Assembly (NCBI GenBank): GCA_964016885.1
Contig: OZ024747.1
Location: forward strand, 43,400,001-43,464,000
DNA length: 64,000 bases
Reading direction: 5' to 3'
DNA from: Eledone cirrhosa
Taxonomy: Eukaryota
Of the stretch, positions 27,518-39,955 are shown piece by piece; position 1 is the first letter of the stretch; the number at the start of each line of letters is the position of its first letter. Under the pieces are notes generated by a model. The model did not search any database and was not told where the DNA came from. It saw nothing but the letters and a program-made list of their open reading frames with translations. The position numbers were made by a program, and so were the translations under genes.

Positions 27518-29913
27518 TCATCATCATCATCATCATCAACGTTTAACGTCCGTGTTCCACGCTTGCATGGGTTTGGACGGGGGTAGTCCCACTTGAGGCA
27601 AGAGTGATTGTCTTGCTCGCATAGGACTGTCTGGCAGGTTTTCTACAGTTGGATGCCCTTCCTAACACCAACCACATTTACAGTGTGGGTCTGGGAGGTT
27701 TTTACCGTGTTGCCTACACGGCCACATTACAGCGTGGACTGTGTGTTTTTTTGTCGTGACACCTACACGATCTCATTTGTTTCGGCCTCGATGGCGCGGC
27801 ACCAACATAACTTTACATAGAACGGGGTGGTGTGGATCGGGTGGGGGTGGTGGTGGTGGGACGGGGTGTATTTTGTTAGAGATGCCTACTGGCTGGAGTA
27901 GGTTTTACTATATATTTAGGTAAGGCGGGTCTTCTTTGTTACTGAGTACCGCCAAAGGTCTCGGTCCAGTGACATTGTCTTGGAGAGGTGTAAGTGTGTG
28001 ATGTCGGAGTTTATCAGCTCGTCCCAGGTTTTTCTAGGTCTGCCTATTCCGTGACTACCGTCTATCTTTATTGCCCTGCACTTTGTTATACAGCTATCGA
28101 CTTTCATGCGCATCACGTGTCCATACCAACGTAGCCTTCTCTCGAGTAAACAACATCTGATCCCTCTTATCTCTAATTTTTTTCCTTAGTTCGTTTATGC
28201 TTTGCCGTTCACGTATATTACTGTTACACATCCAGCGGAGCATGCAAGCTTCGTTCTTCTCTAGTCTGCGTATATCCTCTGCACACAATGCCCAGGTCTC
28301 ACTGCCATGCAGCATTGCTGTTCGTATGCAGGCATCGTACAACCTGCCTTTCATTTTTAGTGAGAACCCTTTAGCAGCTAATAGTGGTATAAGCTCTCTG
28401 AACTTTTTCCAACCAGTTCTGACTCTAGCTACAGTACTTTCAGAGCACCCTCCCCCACTGCTGATTTTATCGCCCAGGTAACGGAAGCTGTCCACTATTT
28501 CTATAGAACCCTCTGCGCAATTGAAAGAGCTAGTATTTTGTGGGCACTTGCTGCTACTTATTGCACCAGAACACCGGCCACATGTAAAATCTATGTTCTT
28601 AGTTAGCTTACCTGTGATCCCACTACATCTTTTATGCACCCATACTTTGCATTTAGGACATAAAATGGAGTTTCTACCTACGCCTTTCCTACACACCGAG
28701 CACGACCATTTCCCAGAAGGGACCGCCGCCTTGTTTTCTTTCCTACAAACTAGTACTTTGGTCTTAGCCAGGTTAATTTTAAGTCCTTTTGACTCTAGGC
28801 CGTGCTTCCATGTTTGGAATTTCTTCTCTAGCTCGGCCATTGATTCCGCTATGAGTGTCAGGTCGTCTGCGTATAGGAGTTCCCATGGGCAGCCTGTCTT
28901 GAACTCCTCTGTTATAGCCTGAAGGGCAATAATAAATAGTAGTGGGCTGAGAACAGAGCCCTGATGGACGCCAACTTTTACGCTAAACTCTTCACTATAT
29001 TCGTTGTTAATTCTAACCTTGCTGACTGTTTCTTTATACATGGCTTGTATAGCCCTCACAAGCCATTCGTCAATGCCTAGTTTTCTAAGAGCCCACCAGA
29101 TAATGGAGCGGGGGACTCTGTCGAAGGCTTTCTCCAAGTCGACAAAAGCTAAGTAGAGGGGTTTACCTTTAGCTAGGTACTTCTCCTGTAGTTGTCGTAC
29201 TATGGAAAGAGCGTCTGTGGTACTTTTGCCTGACACAAACCCGAACTGCATTTCATCTAGGTCAATTCTCTCTCTGATTAGTTGCGCTATTACTTTTTCC
29301 GTGACCTTCATGACCTGGTCGATTAATTTAATGCCTCTATAGTTACTCCTATCTAGGGCGTCTCCTTTACCCTTATAACAGTTAACGATGATGCTGCTAT
29401 GCCAGTCCTTCGGAACAACCCCATTCTGTACGACTTGGTTAACTATGCGGGTGACCATGGTGTGTCCCACCGTGCCAGATGCCTTCAGCATCTCAGCAAC
29501 TATTTCCGAAGGCCCAGCCGCCTTACCAGTCTTCATATCCTTGATTGCCTTACTTATTATACTCCCCTCGACTAACACTGCTGGTCCCTCTATTGGGTCG
29601 ATATGGGGGAGACTGCCTTTCTCCCAATTATTCTCCTCATTTAGTAGCCTTTCATAGTAACACTTCCAAGCTACCTTCTTATCAGCGTCGGTGATGGCAA
29701 GTGTGCCATCGTCGTTTAGTACACACTTCTCCCCGACAATATCACGGTTTTCCTTGACGCATTGCCTAGCAATCCTGAACACCTCACGTTTTTGGTCATC
29801 GCGTTGTAGAACATGCTTGAACTTTCTTTCCTCAGCTTCCCTTCTTGCTAAGTACACTTGTCTCCTAGCTTCCCTCCTGGCCACTTGATAGTCCTCTCTA
29901 CTTCCCCCATCCC

Positions 29914-29918
<5 letters not shown>
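27518..29918 (-). pseudogene. 5'-truncated RTE LINE, subfamily 1 (frameshift near 28180)
   Basis: Near-identical to 23971-26364; an extra T in the T-run splits the ORF; both ends in (TA)n. Confidence 0.95.
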
Positions 29919-29951
<33 letters not shown>

Positions 29952-30481
29952 CATACACACACATTCATGCACATATACGTACACATATGTGTATGTAGAC
30001 ACATACATATATACATACATATATACTGACACATGCACATGCACACACAGACACAATTTACATGTTTTTTTTTTTAATTCTTATTTTCATAAAATTAACT
30101 TTTTCTTTTACTGTTTCTTGATTTTCAGTTTTTTCCAAATCTTTTTAACATTTTAAAATAATTTTTTAAATTTTCATGGATAATTTTTCTCTATCTATCT
30201 CACTCTCTCACTCATTCACACACACTCTCTCTCTCTCCTTTTATCTATCTATGTTTTTTCCTTATTTTCTCCCTCTTCTCTTTCTTTAAGTCTTTCCACT
30301 TTATTTTCTCTCCCTGAATCACTTTCCTCACACGTGATTCTAAGATGATTTTGAACCAAATAAACTGTTTCATTGATAGTTTGTCCAAATAACTGCAGCC
30401 CCCGCCACAATATATGCAGGTGCATAAGTATATATAAACAGACACACAAGCACACAGGCACACAGACATTAATATATATAA

Positions 30482-30630
30482 TAGGTGGTGAGAGCAGACC
30501 TCAGATTGCTGAAACTCACCGAGGAGATGATGAAGGACCGTGACAAGTGGAGAGATGCTGTGCTGAATAGGACCTGTCCAACCCTTGCAAGCAGGGAAAA
30601 GCGGACATAAAATGATGATGATGATGATGA
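30482..30630 (+). mobile_element. 3' end of a third RTE family whose tail matches SINE B
   Basis: Reads VVRADLRLLKLTEEMMKDRDKWRDAV then acccttgcaagcagggaaaagcggacataaaa(tga)n. Confidence 0.8.
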
Positions 30631-30637
30631 ATACATA

Positions 30638-31374
30638 CAGTGTGACACAGATAAATCTAGAAAAAAATTAATGGATGACAAAAGCAATGGTTTTTTTATA
30701 TAATAAATTAATATATTTCAATGAAACTTTATACACAGTTAGGCACATATAAAAGGTAAAAAAATCCCTTGATGTGGACACCGCTTTCTCCAGGTGAGAC
30801 TGGAAGCTGGAGCAGGCCTTGGCAATGGCGTCCCTGTCCATGCTGGCCATGGCATCCCTGTGGTATGGCCGGTTGGTGAACAGCCAGGCCTGGGTGGTCA
30901 TGGCATCTCGAGCACATAGGATTTATAATTCAAGTCTTCCTTGACAATATGCCTAATTGTTCACCTGTTGGTGCCCATTTCCTTGGTGATTTTCTTCATG
31001 CTTTTGTTGGGTTCTCCTTGACAACCTCTGCAATGTCGGCGATAAACTTCGGCATCCTGGTGGTGCCAGAGTGCATCTTATGAGTCTTGTATTCTAGCCT
31101 GAAATTGTCCTTGTCGTCTGAGGCCCCATATACCTTTGCAAGGTCGTAGACCATGGATTTAGCGTATTTAAACCATTCAATGATTTCCTTGGATTTGTGA
31201 CCTGTGCGAAGGCTCTCCACAACAGCGCTTGACAATTGTATTCTGAAGACATGTCAATTACCAAGCACCTCATGTGTTAATAGCCAGGTAGATGGCGCTC
31301 TCAAAACATTGCTAAGCTGTGAAGTCACAGTGCTGTTGCCACATAAAAATTCTGGATTTATCTGCAGCAAACTG
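30638..31374 (-). mobile_element. Internally deleted Tc1/mariner element with imperfect TIRs and TA target duplication
   Basis: TA|cagtgtgacacagataaatctagaa ... ttctggatttatctgcagcaaactg|TA; transposase N-terminus (EIIEWFKYAKSMVYDL..ENPTK..IVKEDL) and C-terminus (KACSSFQSHLEKAV) with no catalytic core. Confidence 0.8.
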
Positions 31375-31399
31375 TATATATATATATATATATATGTAC

Positions 31400-31715
31400 A
31401 ATGATATTAAATAAATGGAAACTATATTTATAAAACCATATTTATTCTATTATATATATTTCAAGGGTACCAAAACACATTGGTACGCTTTCCTCAGATA
31501 AAATACAAAGTTTGTTTTATAAATAGAGACATACCTAGGAAAATCATACCTTATCAGTTGAATATTCTCTGGATATCCAGAGAATATCCAACTGATAAGG
31601 TATGATTTATTTAATATCATTGAATATTTACTCCAGGAACTTGTTGAGTGCTCTAAATCAGTTATAAACATTTATATTTGTCGGACTTCCAACAAATTAA
31701 ATACCCCTTTTACTT
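31400..31715. mobile_element. HH-A fold-back element (hammerhead, central 67-bp hairpin 31542-31608, inverted end, tail)
   Basis: Homologous to 26640-26850; tail actccaggaacttgttgagtgctc; flanked by (TA)n. Confidence 0.7.
31443..31505 (-). ncRNA. Minimal type I hammerhead motif (family HH-A)
   Basis: Minus strand: tattttat-CTGAGGA-aagcgtaccaa/ttggtaccctt-GAAA-tatata-TA-atagaata. Confidence 0.8.
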
Positions 31716-32538
31716 ATATATATACCTACTGATATATATATCGTTTTGTGATATTTTGCATTTTTGCAATAATATTATAATACTGAATTTCATCCGCCAA
31801 AAATAAGGGTTGCCTCCCTTGTCGAGCCCCACGTAGGTATCGGTAACGGTCATTCCTTCGCCTGGCACTTGAACTAAAACCTGTTGAGAAAGTGACTTCC
31901 TTGTTCAATCATCTTACCAGAAGCCTAACATTATTTGTCTAAGCAGACAGTACTTGATTTAGGAGTCGCAGAAACACAAATGCTGGATTTTACCAACCAT
32001 CCAGGGGTCCGGGTAAATTTTTCAATCACATATTTTTTTATTTGTTTGACCCGAATTACTTGGTCGTTTCTATGGCTGTGCGGATGACGGTTTAACGATC
32101 GTCTCAGTGTGTTTGGCCTTTAACGTATGTTGTAGCTCTGGTTCGTCAGAATTATTGAGCGCTTGCCACACATCTCGGAAGCTGTTTGTCGCTAATTCCA
32201 AAACCGAAATACGATTCTCGCTAATTTATATTTATATATATATATATATATATAAATGGAATAGATTGAAACGAAATTTCATTTCTCACTCTTAGTACGG
32301 CACTTACTTAAATGTAAGTATGTATGTATGTATACGTACATACATATATATATATACAGGCGTACAGTAGTATGTATATATATACACACATGCACACATA
32401 TATATATGCACGTATCGGTTTACCGAACATTTATTATAATGCTCGGTTTGTTTGTTTGTAAACAAACAAACAGCCCGAATTACGCCGTAGAGTGTTTAGG
32501 CAACCAGATCACCTTTTTGTTCAACACTGACACAGGAA

Positions 32539-32579
32539 CGATGTACTAGTTTCAAGCTTATTAGCTATCGTCAGCATCG
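32539..32579 (-). ncRNA. Minimal type I hammerhead ribozyme (family HH-B)
   Basis: Minus strand: cgatg-CTGACGA-tagct aata agctt-GAAA-ctag-TA-catcg. Confidence 0.85.
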
Positions 32580-32904
32580 TATTGCTTCCTGCCAGATAGT
32601 TGAACGTCTGAAAGTATATACTTTCCTTATGCATATTAACGGCTGAGCAGCCTAATTTGCATATCGAGTGAGTTCAGTCTGTATACATATATGTATGTAC
32701 GTATACATACATACATACTTACATTTAAGTAAGTGCCGTACTAAGAGTGAGAAATGAAATTTCGTTTCATTCTATTCCATTTATCGTTTTCGGTGTGCCC
32801 GGCCGACTGAACTCACTCGATATGCAAATTAGGCTGCTCAGCCGTTAATATGCATGAGGAAAGTATATACTTTCAGACATTCAACCATCTGGCAGGAAGG
32901 TATA

Positions 32905-32945
32905 CGATGCTGATGATAGCTAATAAGCTTGAAACTAGTACATTG
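32905..32945 (+). ncRNA. Minimal type I hammerhead ribozyme (family HH-B)
   Basis: cgatg-CTGATGA-tagctaataagctt-GAAA-ctag-TA-cattg. Confidence 0.85.
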
Positions 32946-33185
32946 TTCCTGTGTCAGTGTTGAACAAAAAGGTGACGTGGTTGACTAAACACTCTACAGC
33001 GTAATTCGGGCTGTTTGTTTGTTTACAAACAAACAAACTGAGCATTATAATAAATGTTCGGTAAACCGATACGTGCATATATATATGTGTGTATATACAT
33101 ATATGTATTCAGACGTACAGTAGTATGTATATATATATATATATACGTCTGTATACATATATGTATGTACGTATACATACATACT

Positions 33186-33227
<42 letters not shown>

Positions 33228-33531
33228 AGTATGTATGTATGTATACGGTATGTACACGTTTCTTCTAAGTTTAAATTTACACCTAATTGTGTATGGTTGA
33301 TGGTATATTTAGTCAGTTTCTACATGCTGTTGAAATGTTGGGTAAATACTCTATTGGGGTCACCGCGAAGAGGCCGCTTTCGGTTATTTATCAAATATTT
33401 CTTCATAGGAGCCTTTATTCTTATAGCCTGGTCTAATTGATTTTTTATATGGTTAATTATGCTAATTGGGAGAGGAAATGGTATATATTTTATCTAATAA
33501 TTCTAAGGACATGATTTATGATATATATATA

Positions 33532-33865
33532 TAGTTATGTAATAAACAACAAGATAATTATTTCATTTATCAGTGGTTTCTTGAAGGCAGATATTTATAT
33601 CTGTCTTCAGTTGTCAGAATGAATAAATAACATGGTGTTTCTATTAAATATGGATTTTCCATATTAAATAAAATCCATATTTAATAGAAACACCATGTTA
33701 TTTATTCATTCTGACAACTGAAGACAGATATAAATATCTGCCTTCAAGAAACCACTGATAAAGGAAATAATTATCTTATGTTGTTTATTACATAACTAAT
33801 AAGCTCTGTAACCTACATAGAGCACTCTTTTTTCCTGTGCCTTTCCGATGGAAATACTTCATGAA
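33532..33865. mobile_element. Fold-back element (~127-bp arms, 33532-33798) with a variant hammerhead-like motif on each arm, plus tail
   Basis: ttattcatt-CTGACAA-ctgaagacagata/tatctgccttcaa-GAAA-ccactga-TA-aa(t/g)gaaataa; the core has G8->A. Confidence 0.7.
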
Positions 33866-33916
33866 TATATATATATATGTATGTATATCTACATCTACTC
33901 CAGCTTCCTTCTTATC

Positions 33917-34047
33917 ATTATAGAAATGTCTTCTACAGAACTAGAACTGTTTCATCTAAGAAATCATCAAGAAAGTCCAATCAGGACTTTCTTAATGATT
34001 ACTTATGAATGAAACATTTGTAGTCCTGTAGAAGTCATTTCTATAAT
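33917..34047. repeat. Imperfect palindrome of the hammerhead-like family HH-C
   Basis: ttatagaaatgtcttctacagaactagaactgtttcat...atgaaacatttgtagtcctgtagaagtcatttctataa; related to 36608-36658 and 40342-40393. Confidence 0.6.
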
Positions 34048-34149
34048 AAATTAAGTATGCCTCTACTTTATCAATGTTTTGCGTAACTTTTATAACTATG
34101 GTCACCTCCTGATATCCTTATATACAATGTCACCCTCCCCTCCATATAC

Positions 34150-34352
34150 TTCCAGAGTTGACACTGCACTCAGTGCTCCTGTGGGAGCCCTTGCATGGAC
34201 ACACTGGAAGAGGAAGACTGAGGTTAACATATGTTGATGCCCTAAGGACAGACACTGGTTTTTGGAGACGCAGGACATGGCAGCGATAATGAGGGACAGA
34301 GACCGCTGGAGAGAACTCGTCCATGGATCTCGGGAATTTTACCTGCCCTAGA
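34150..34352 (+). mobile_element. 3' end of another RTE-clade LINE
   Basis: Reads SVLLWEPLHGHTGRGRLRLTYVDALRTDTG..MRDRDRWRELV; ends at (TA)n. Confidence 0.7.
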
Positions 34353-34653
34353 TATATATATACTGTTGTACTTCAAGAGGGTCATGCTGCCAATAAACAT
34401 TACAACAATTTATCATTTTATGGTTGTTTAGTTTTTGATTGCCATCATAATGACAAGAAACAATTAAGCAACCATTTGGTTATTAAACTAACTGACTGGG
34501 AAATTATAATAATGAATTGAAATGAAACCCAACATGTGCATGCATTCTTATTGGCAGCATGACTCTCCCAAAGTATAACAATATCTATTTCAACACACAT
34601 TTTCAGATTAAAAAAACCTTGCAAAACAAATACAAAAACAAAGTATGTATATA

Positions 34654-34697
<44 letters not shown>

Positions 34698-34700
<3 letters not shown>

Positions 34701-35016
34701 TCATCACCATTTTCCGTCCATTCTTCCATTCTCCTGTTGTGGGCAATGCCAGGTTGGGTGACCTTGTCTTGCTCATACGGGGACTGATTTTGGCTTGATT
34801 TCTACAGCTGAAAGCCCTTCCAACCTCATTTATAGTGAGTACTGGGTGCTTTTTTCCGTGGCACCTACACGACCACTTTACAGTGTGGACTGGGTGCTTT
34901 TTTTGTTGTGACACATCCACGATCACTTTGCAGTGGGAGGGGTTGGACGTATATTGTCTTTAGCTTTAGCTTGTACCCATGGGAAGTCGAGTCTTCTGTA
35001 TTGCTGCATGATGCCA
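34698..35016 (-). mobile_element. 3' end of RTE subfamily 2
   Basis: Homologous to 43645-43993; (TA)n on both sides. Confidence 0.8.
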
Positions 35017-35177
35017 TATATATATATTCTGTCATTATGATAACAGAAGTCTGATGAGCTTTTGTTTCCAGAGTCAGGCCCAATCAACACAGATCAAACC
35101 TTAAGCTGATCAATTGCAAAACACTTCAATAAATGTAATGAAAATTTGACACCTCGTCCATATTGACGAGCACTTAC

Positions 35178-35604
35178 CTCTTCGGTGATGCCCTGATTAA
35201 CTTTTTCAAATTTCATTTGAAAAGGAAAATCCGGGTAGAGAGGGAAGTGCTCTCTTCCCAGCATTTTGTTGAAAGATGGGTGAGAGAGGCAAGAATGGCC
35301 CGAGTGAATACTCTGAGTATGTGGCTGTAAATTGAAGGTGGAAAACTGGGAGAGGGCACTTGCCCTGGTGGTCAGGGTCACCGTGGCTTTTTTAATGGGC
35401 TTTCTCCACAATGGCCCTCGGAAGTCTCCCCCCCCCCCCCCCCATTGGGGAATTTTTCATTGTTCTTTTTTTGTTACATCCTCTGTTTTAGTTTTTTTAC
35501 ACGCAGAAATGCCCATTTGTACCGTCCTGTATTGACCTGTACTGTCCTTAATGTCTACTTTGTGTAAACCCTTGTGGTTAATAAAGAAAGCATTATTATT
35601 ATTA
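35178..35604 (+). mobile_element. 3' end of an L1/Tx1-like LINE; its 3' UTR is duplicated at 35709-35920 with a SINE A head in between
   Basis: Reads LINFFKFHLKRKIRVEREVLSSQHFVERW...stop, then 3' UTR, aataaa and (ATT)n; clade assigned by resemblance only. Confidence 0.55.
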
Positions 35605-36143
35605 TTGGCAGTATCGGTAGAGGGTCAGGTGCCATGCTTTCCAGCATAGTTATATCCCTTTATGGTCTGGGTTCAAATCCTGTTGAGCTTAACTTTGCCT
35701 TTCATCCTGGCTTTTTTAATGGGCTTTCTCCACAATGGCCCTCGGAAGTCTCCCCCCTCCCCCTATTGGGGAATTTTTCATTGTTATTTTTTGTTACATC
35801 CTCTGTTTTTGTTTTTTACACACAGAAATGCCCATTTGTACCGTCCTGCATTGTCCTGCACTGTCCTTAATGTCTACTTTATGTAAACCCTTGTGGTTAA
35901 TAAAGAAATCATTATTATTATACACTCTGCTTAGTATAACCCCAAAATACCTACTCGAGACTATGCATTGAGTGCTCACTTTGGTGAACCTATAGTAACT
36001 TGACGTTACAATCCCTAAACTAAATATATATATATATTTAGATAATATTGAAAACCAAAACAATGCATCATTTTGGTTTTCAAAATTATTTAAATTTGTG
36101 TTTCCTATTCAACAATGCATCAAACAAGTTACAAAACTCTGCT

Positions 36144-36184
<41 letters not shown>

Positions 36185-36451
36185 TTTACGTCCGCTTTTC
36201 CCTGCTTGCCAGGGTGGGACGGGAACTGATTCTGGCTTGATTTCTACAGCTTGATGTGCTTCCTAACACCAACCTCATTTACAGTGAGTGCTGGGTGCTT
36301 TTTTTTGCTGTGGCACCTCCACGTCCACTTTACAGTGTGGGCTGGGTGCTTTTTTTGCCGTGGCACCTCCACGACCACTTTGCAGTGGAATGATAGCGAC
36401 CCCAGTCCTATCATCTCATTTCTACAGCTGTGTAAACTGGAGCAATGTGAA
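36144..36451 (-). mobile_element. SINE family B, 5'-truncated
   Basis: Reverse complement of the family B body and tail. Confidence 0.9.
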
Positions 36452-36607
36452 TATATATATAGATATATATGTATTTATTATTAGTACAGATTAAAATTTA
36501 AGCAAAGAATCACTACTTTCACCCTTTTATGGGATCTTCTGAAACATATATATACATAGGTCCCGGGTTGAGTCGGGGATAACCACAGTAAGTAAGGTAC
36601 TCAATAC

Positions 36608-36658
36608 AGCTTCCTGAAGATTTCATCTGAATGAAACAGTACTAGTCCTGTAGAAGCT
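36608..36658 (+). ncRNA. Hammerhead-like motif (family HH-C)
   Basis: agcttc-CTGAAGA-tttcatctgaat-GAAA-cagtactag-TC-ctgta-gaagct; stem I is offset by 5 nt. Confidence 0.45.
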
Positions 36659-37082
36659 CCTTCTATACAATAAAGAAACATATATATATATATATAAAAA
36701 GAACTTTGTTTCTATATAAGTACCCTTTGCTATACATATTGAAGGAGTTGAACATAAACTTACTGAAAACTCAATAAACATTCCAATTGTATGTTTTACA
36801 GTAGCTGTTTACATCAGTTTGTTTTATTTATTCTTTTGGGTAATTTAAAGTTAGTTGGCCTGGGAGATAATTTGAGAATTACATGTCATAACTATAAAAA
36901 CACCATGGTGCTGGTGAGAAGATTTGAACAAGAAATCCTTCAAGCTGGTAACAAAAGCAATCGATTAACTTGACTATTAAGATAAACACACTCACACACA
37001 CATACCCACACATTCACATTCATATATATGTATATGTCTGTATATATATATATGTATATATATATGTATACATATATATATG

Positions 37083-37114
<32 letters not shown>

Positions 37115-37122
37115 TATATATT

Positions 37123-37166
<44 letters not shown>

Positions 37167-38884
37167 CATACATATATATATACATATACACTCACATACA
37201 TATATTTGCATATATATATATATATATGCTAAAACATCTTCTGTTTTAAAGTAGGAAAAAGTAGGAGAATATCTATTATTGGAACAAAGAATGTAAAAAA
37301 TAAAAGATAAAGTAAAAGAAGAAAAAAAGTTTTGATTTTTCACTGGAACTGCCAGTATTTTGATCTCATTCTTTAGGGAGACATTTATTTTTGAGACATT
37401 ACAATTCTTTTCTCTCTTTCAAAGATTTCTGCTCAAGCAAAGATGTTTATTCTAATTTTCTTTTTTTGTTCATTCTTTCTTTCTCCCTTTCTTTCTTTCT
37501 TTCTTTCTTACTCTCTTTTTTTTTAGATTGGAATCGAAACTTTGACAGTAAATGTTCAATTCCCTGGTGAACCATTCCATGTATGAAAACAACAACAACA
37601 ACAATAACAACACTCACAAGAACAACAGTAAGAAAAAGCGACAAAAAAAAAAATAATAAAAACAAAATAAAATAAAAATTAGTCATATTGCTTTCTTGAT
37701 CTCTTTGAATGAAAGCAATGTCTGGAGACAATTTGCATAGCTCACTGTCTGCTGGTTTGGAAATGAACTAGAACAATTGTGACAAAATGTTGGGTAAATA
37801 TCTTGGAGCACTAATATATAATGCAATCGAATGCTCTATGGGAAGTTTTTATCTTTGCACATTTGCTCAAAGTATAGCTTCAAAAGGATTTTGGCCAGAG
37901 ATAGAAATCCGATGGTAAACATAGACATATCTCTTGCGTAAGCAAGTTTAGGCTGTAAATGTGGTTGATAATATTACTTGCAACCTTTACTCACAAATAT
38001 CGCAAATAATGAGAAAAATATGAAAAAAGAAATCTAATAATAAAATAAATAAAGCAAAATATAAAAGTAAAAATCTTGATGATATTTATTCAGGAATAGT
38101 TTTGCAAACAATATTTTGATATGTTTACGCTATGAAGAGTTTGATGTTTCTTACTACCTAAGAAAAAGTTACTATGGATATACAAGTCGTTTTACTATTC
38201 AAAATGGTGCCTTTCCATATTTACTCATATACTAAACTAATGTTTCTATATATAACTTGAGAATTTGATGACCATCATGTTGTTGTTTGTCTTGATTTGG
38301 GTATTTAAGATATGTAATTAATTTAGATTTCTTTTGATTAGGCAAAGGGCCAAATTTTTATATGATAGGTAAGTAGTGGATATAGTCGGTGAATTGGCTG
38401 AGTCATTAGAACATTGGATAGAATGCTTTATGGTATTCATTCCAGCTCTCTGAGTTCAAATCCTGCTGGGGTTTACTTTGCCATTCTTCCATTCGAGGTC
38501 GATAAAAGAAACACCAGTCTAGTACTGGGGTTGATTCTTCCTCTATATCTCTTCCTCATTTCCTCTCTCCCTTTCTATCTTTCTCTGGAGGAAATCTGCT
38601 GTACTCAGGCCTGGAGAGGGATAGGCTCCACCAGGCTTTAAAATACCCAAGAAACACCATATTGATATACAGTGCCCCTACAACTCTATCAGGAGTTACA
38701 GGACCATACATACATACAAGTAATGGATATAATAGCAAAATAAATTAATCTTAATATATATCATCATCATCATTGTTTAACGTCCATCTTCCACGCTAGC
38801 ATGGGTTAGACGATATAGCATATCATTATCATTATTGTTGATATAATCAGAGTGATGAATGGACAGAGTCATTAGTGAATCAGA

Positions 38885-39145
38885 TAAATAAATCCTCAAA
38901 TACCGGTCGCTCTCCGACAGGTTTGCGGTCGTACCCCTGGCAGTGGAGACTTCTGGTGTCCTCGGGGCCCAGAGCTACCTCTTTACTCACCACCATAGGC
39001 GCTGAGCTGGCCAGCCGCAGGTGTGAGCCCCGCGAGTTGGAGTGGCTTTTCCAGCGTGTCCCCCTTGCCGTCCTCCGGGGAGACGCCTTCTCCATTCTGT
39101 CCACCGGGGCTGTGGGTGGGCCCCATCGCGTACCATTGAGATAAT
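38885..39145 (+). pseudogene. 3' fragment of a restriction-like-endonuclease LINE (CRE-like)
   Basis: GC-rich island reading DRFAVVPLAVETSGVLG / PRATSLLTTIG..CEPRELEWLFQRVPLAVLRGDAFSIL with one frameshift. Confidence 0.7.
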
Positions 39146-39566
39146 TAAGAAAATCTTTTGAATAACATTTTAAAAGTATTTTTTAACATAGTCTAAGTAT
39201 ATATCAGATAAATGTTTACTAGTATTTGTTTCGGATCTTTACTTTCTGAGTTCAAATCCTACTGAGGTCATCTTTGAATTTCATCCTTCCAGTACTGGGC
39301 TCAATTATAATAGACTTCCCCTAACAAATCTACTTACTTTCGGCTTAGATTGGAAGCAATTGTTGTTATGATTACATTTATTAAGAGTATGAATATTATT
39401 GTTATAGTTGTTATTGTTGTTATTACCTAATGATACCAAACTGTCTGAAATTGCACCGGTTCTATCGTATAAAACTGTTTATTGTAAAGTATTTGTATTT
39501 ATCTAAACCTCTCTTATAATTCTATGTAAGAAACATTTATGTGTTATGCTCCAAACAACAACTTAA

Positions 39567-39955
39567 CAATTGAGTCTACTTTTTGGCACAAGGCCAGCAA
39601 TTACCCAGTGCATTACTGGTACTGTATTTTATCAACCCCGTAAGGATGTAAGGCAAAGTTAACCTTGGCGGGATTTGAACTCAGAATGGCAAGGGCCGTA
39701 ACTTTATGCGTCCAAGCATGGCGTCCGACCCTTCCACCAATGGTTTCTGATATAGGCCCAAGTCCAGCAATTTTGGGGAGAGGAAAATTGATTAAATCAA
39801 TCCCAGTGCGTGACTGGTATTTTATTTTATCGACCCTGTAAGGATGAAAGGCAAAGCTAACCATGGCAGGATTTGAACTCAGAATGTGAAGGGACATAAC
39901 TCACTGCCACAAAGCATGGTGTCTGATGCTTTACCCATACTGCCAATCCACTACC
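39567..39955 (-). mobile_element. Two tandem SINE family A copies
   Basis: Two reverse-complement A bodies, 39567-39740 and 39741-39955. Confidence 0.85.

Larger units (their letters stand above)
32253..33085. mobile_element. HH-B element: inverted, circularly permuted dimer of a ~450-bp hammerhead-bearing unit
   Basis: Blocks A-B (32253-32680) followed by A'-linker-B' (32680-33085); homologous to 52018-52200, 57852-58065 and 58725-59150. Confidence 0.8.

Noticed and set aside
32085-32220. Hammerhead with very long stem II (cggatga-cggttt...aaacc-gaaa); similar weak hits at 36510-36545 and 48490-48525
   Set aside because: Core mutated and stems I/III not convincing; too weak to call without a family alignment.
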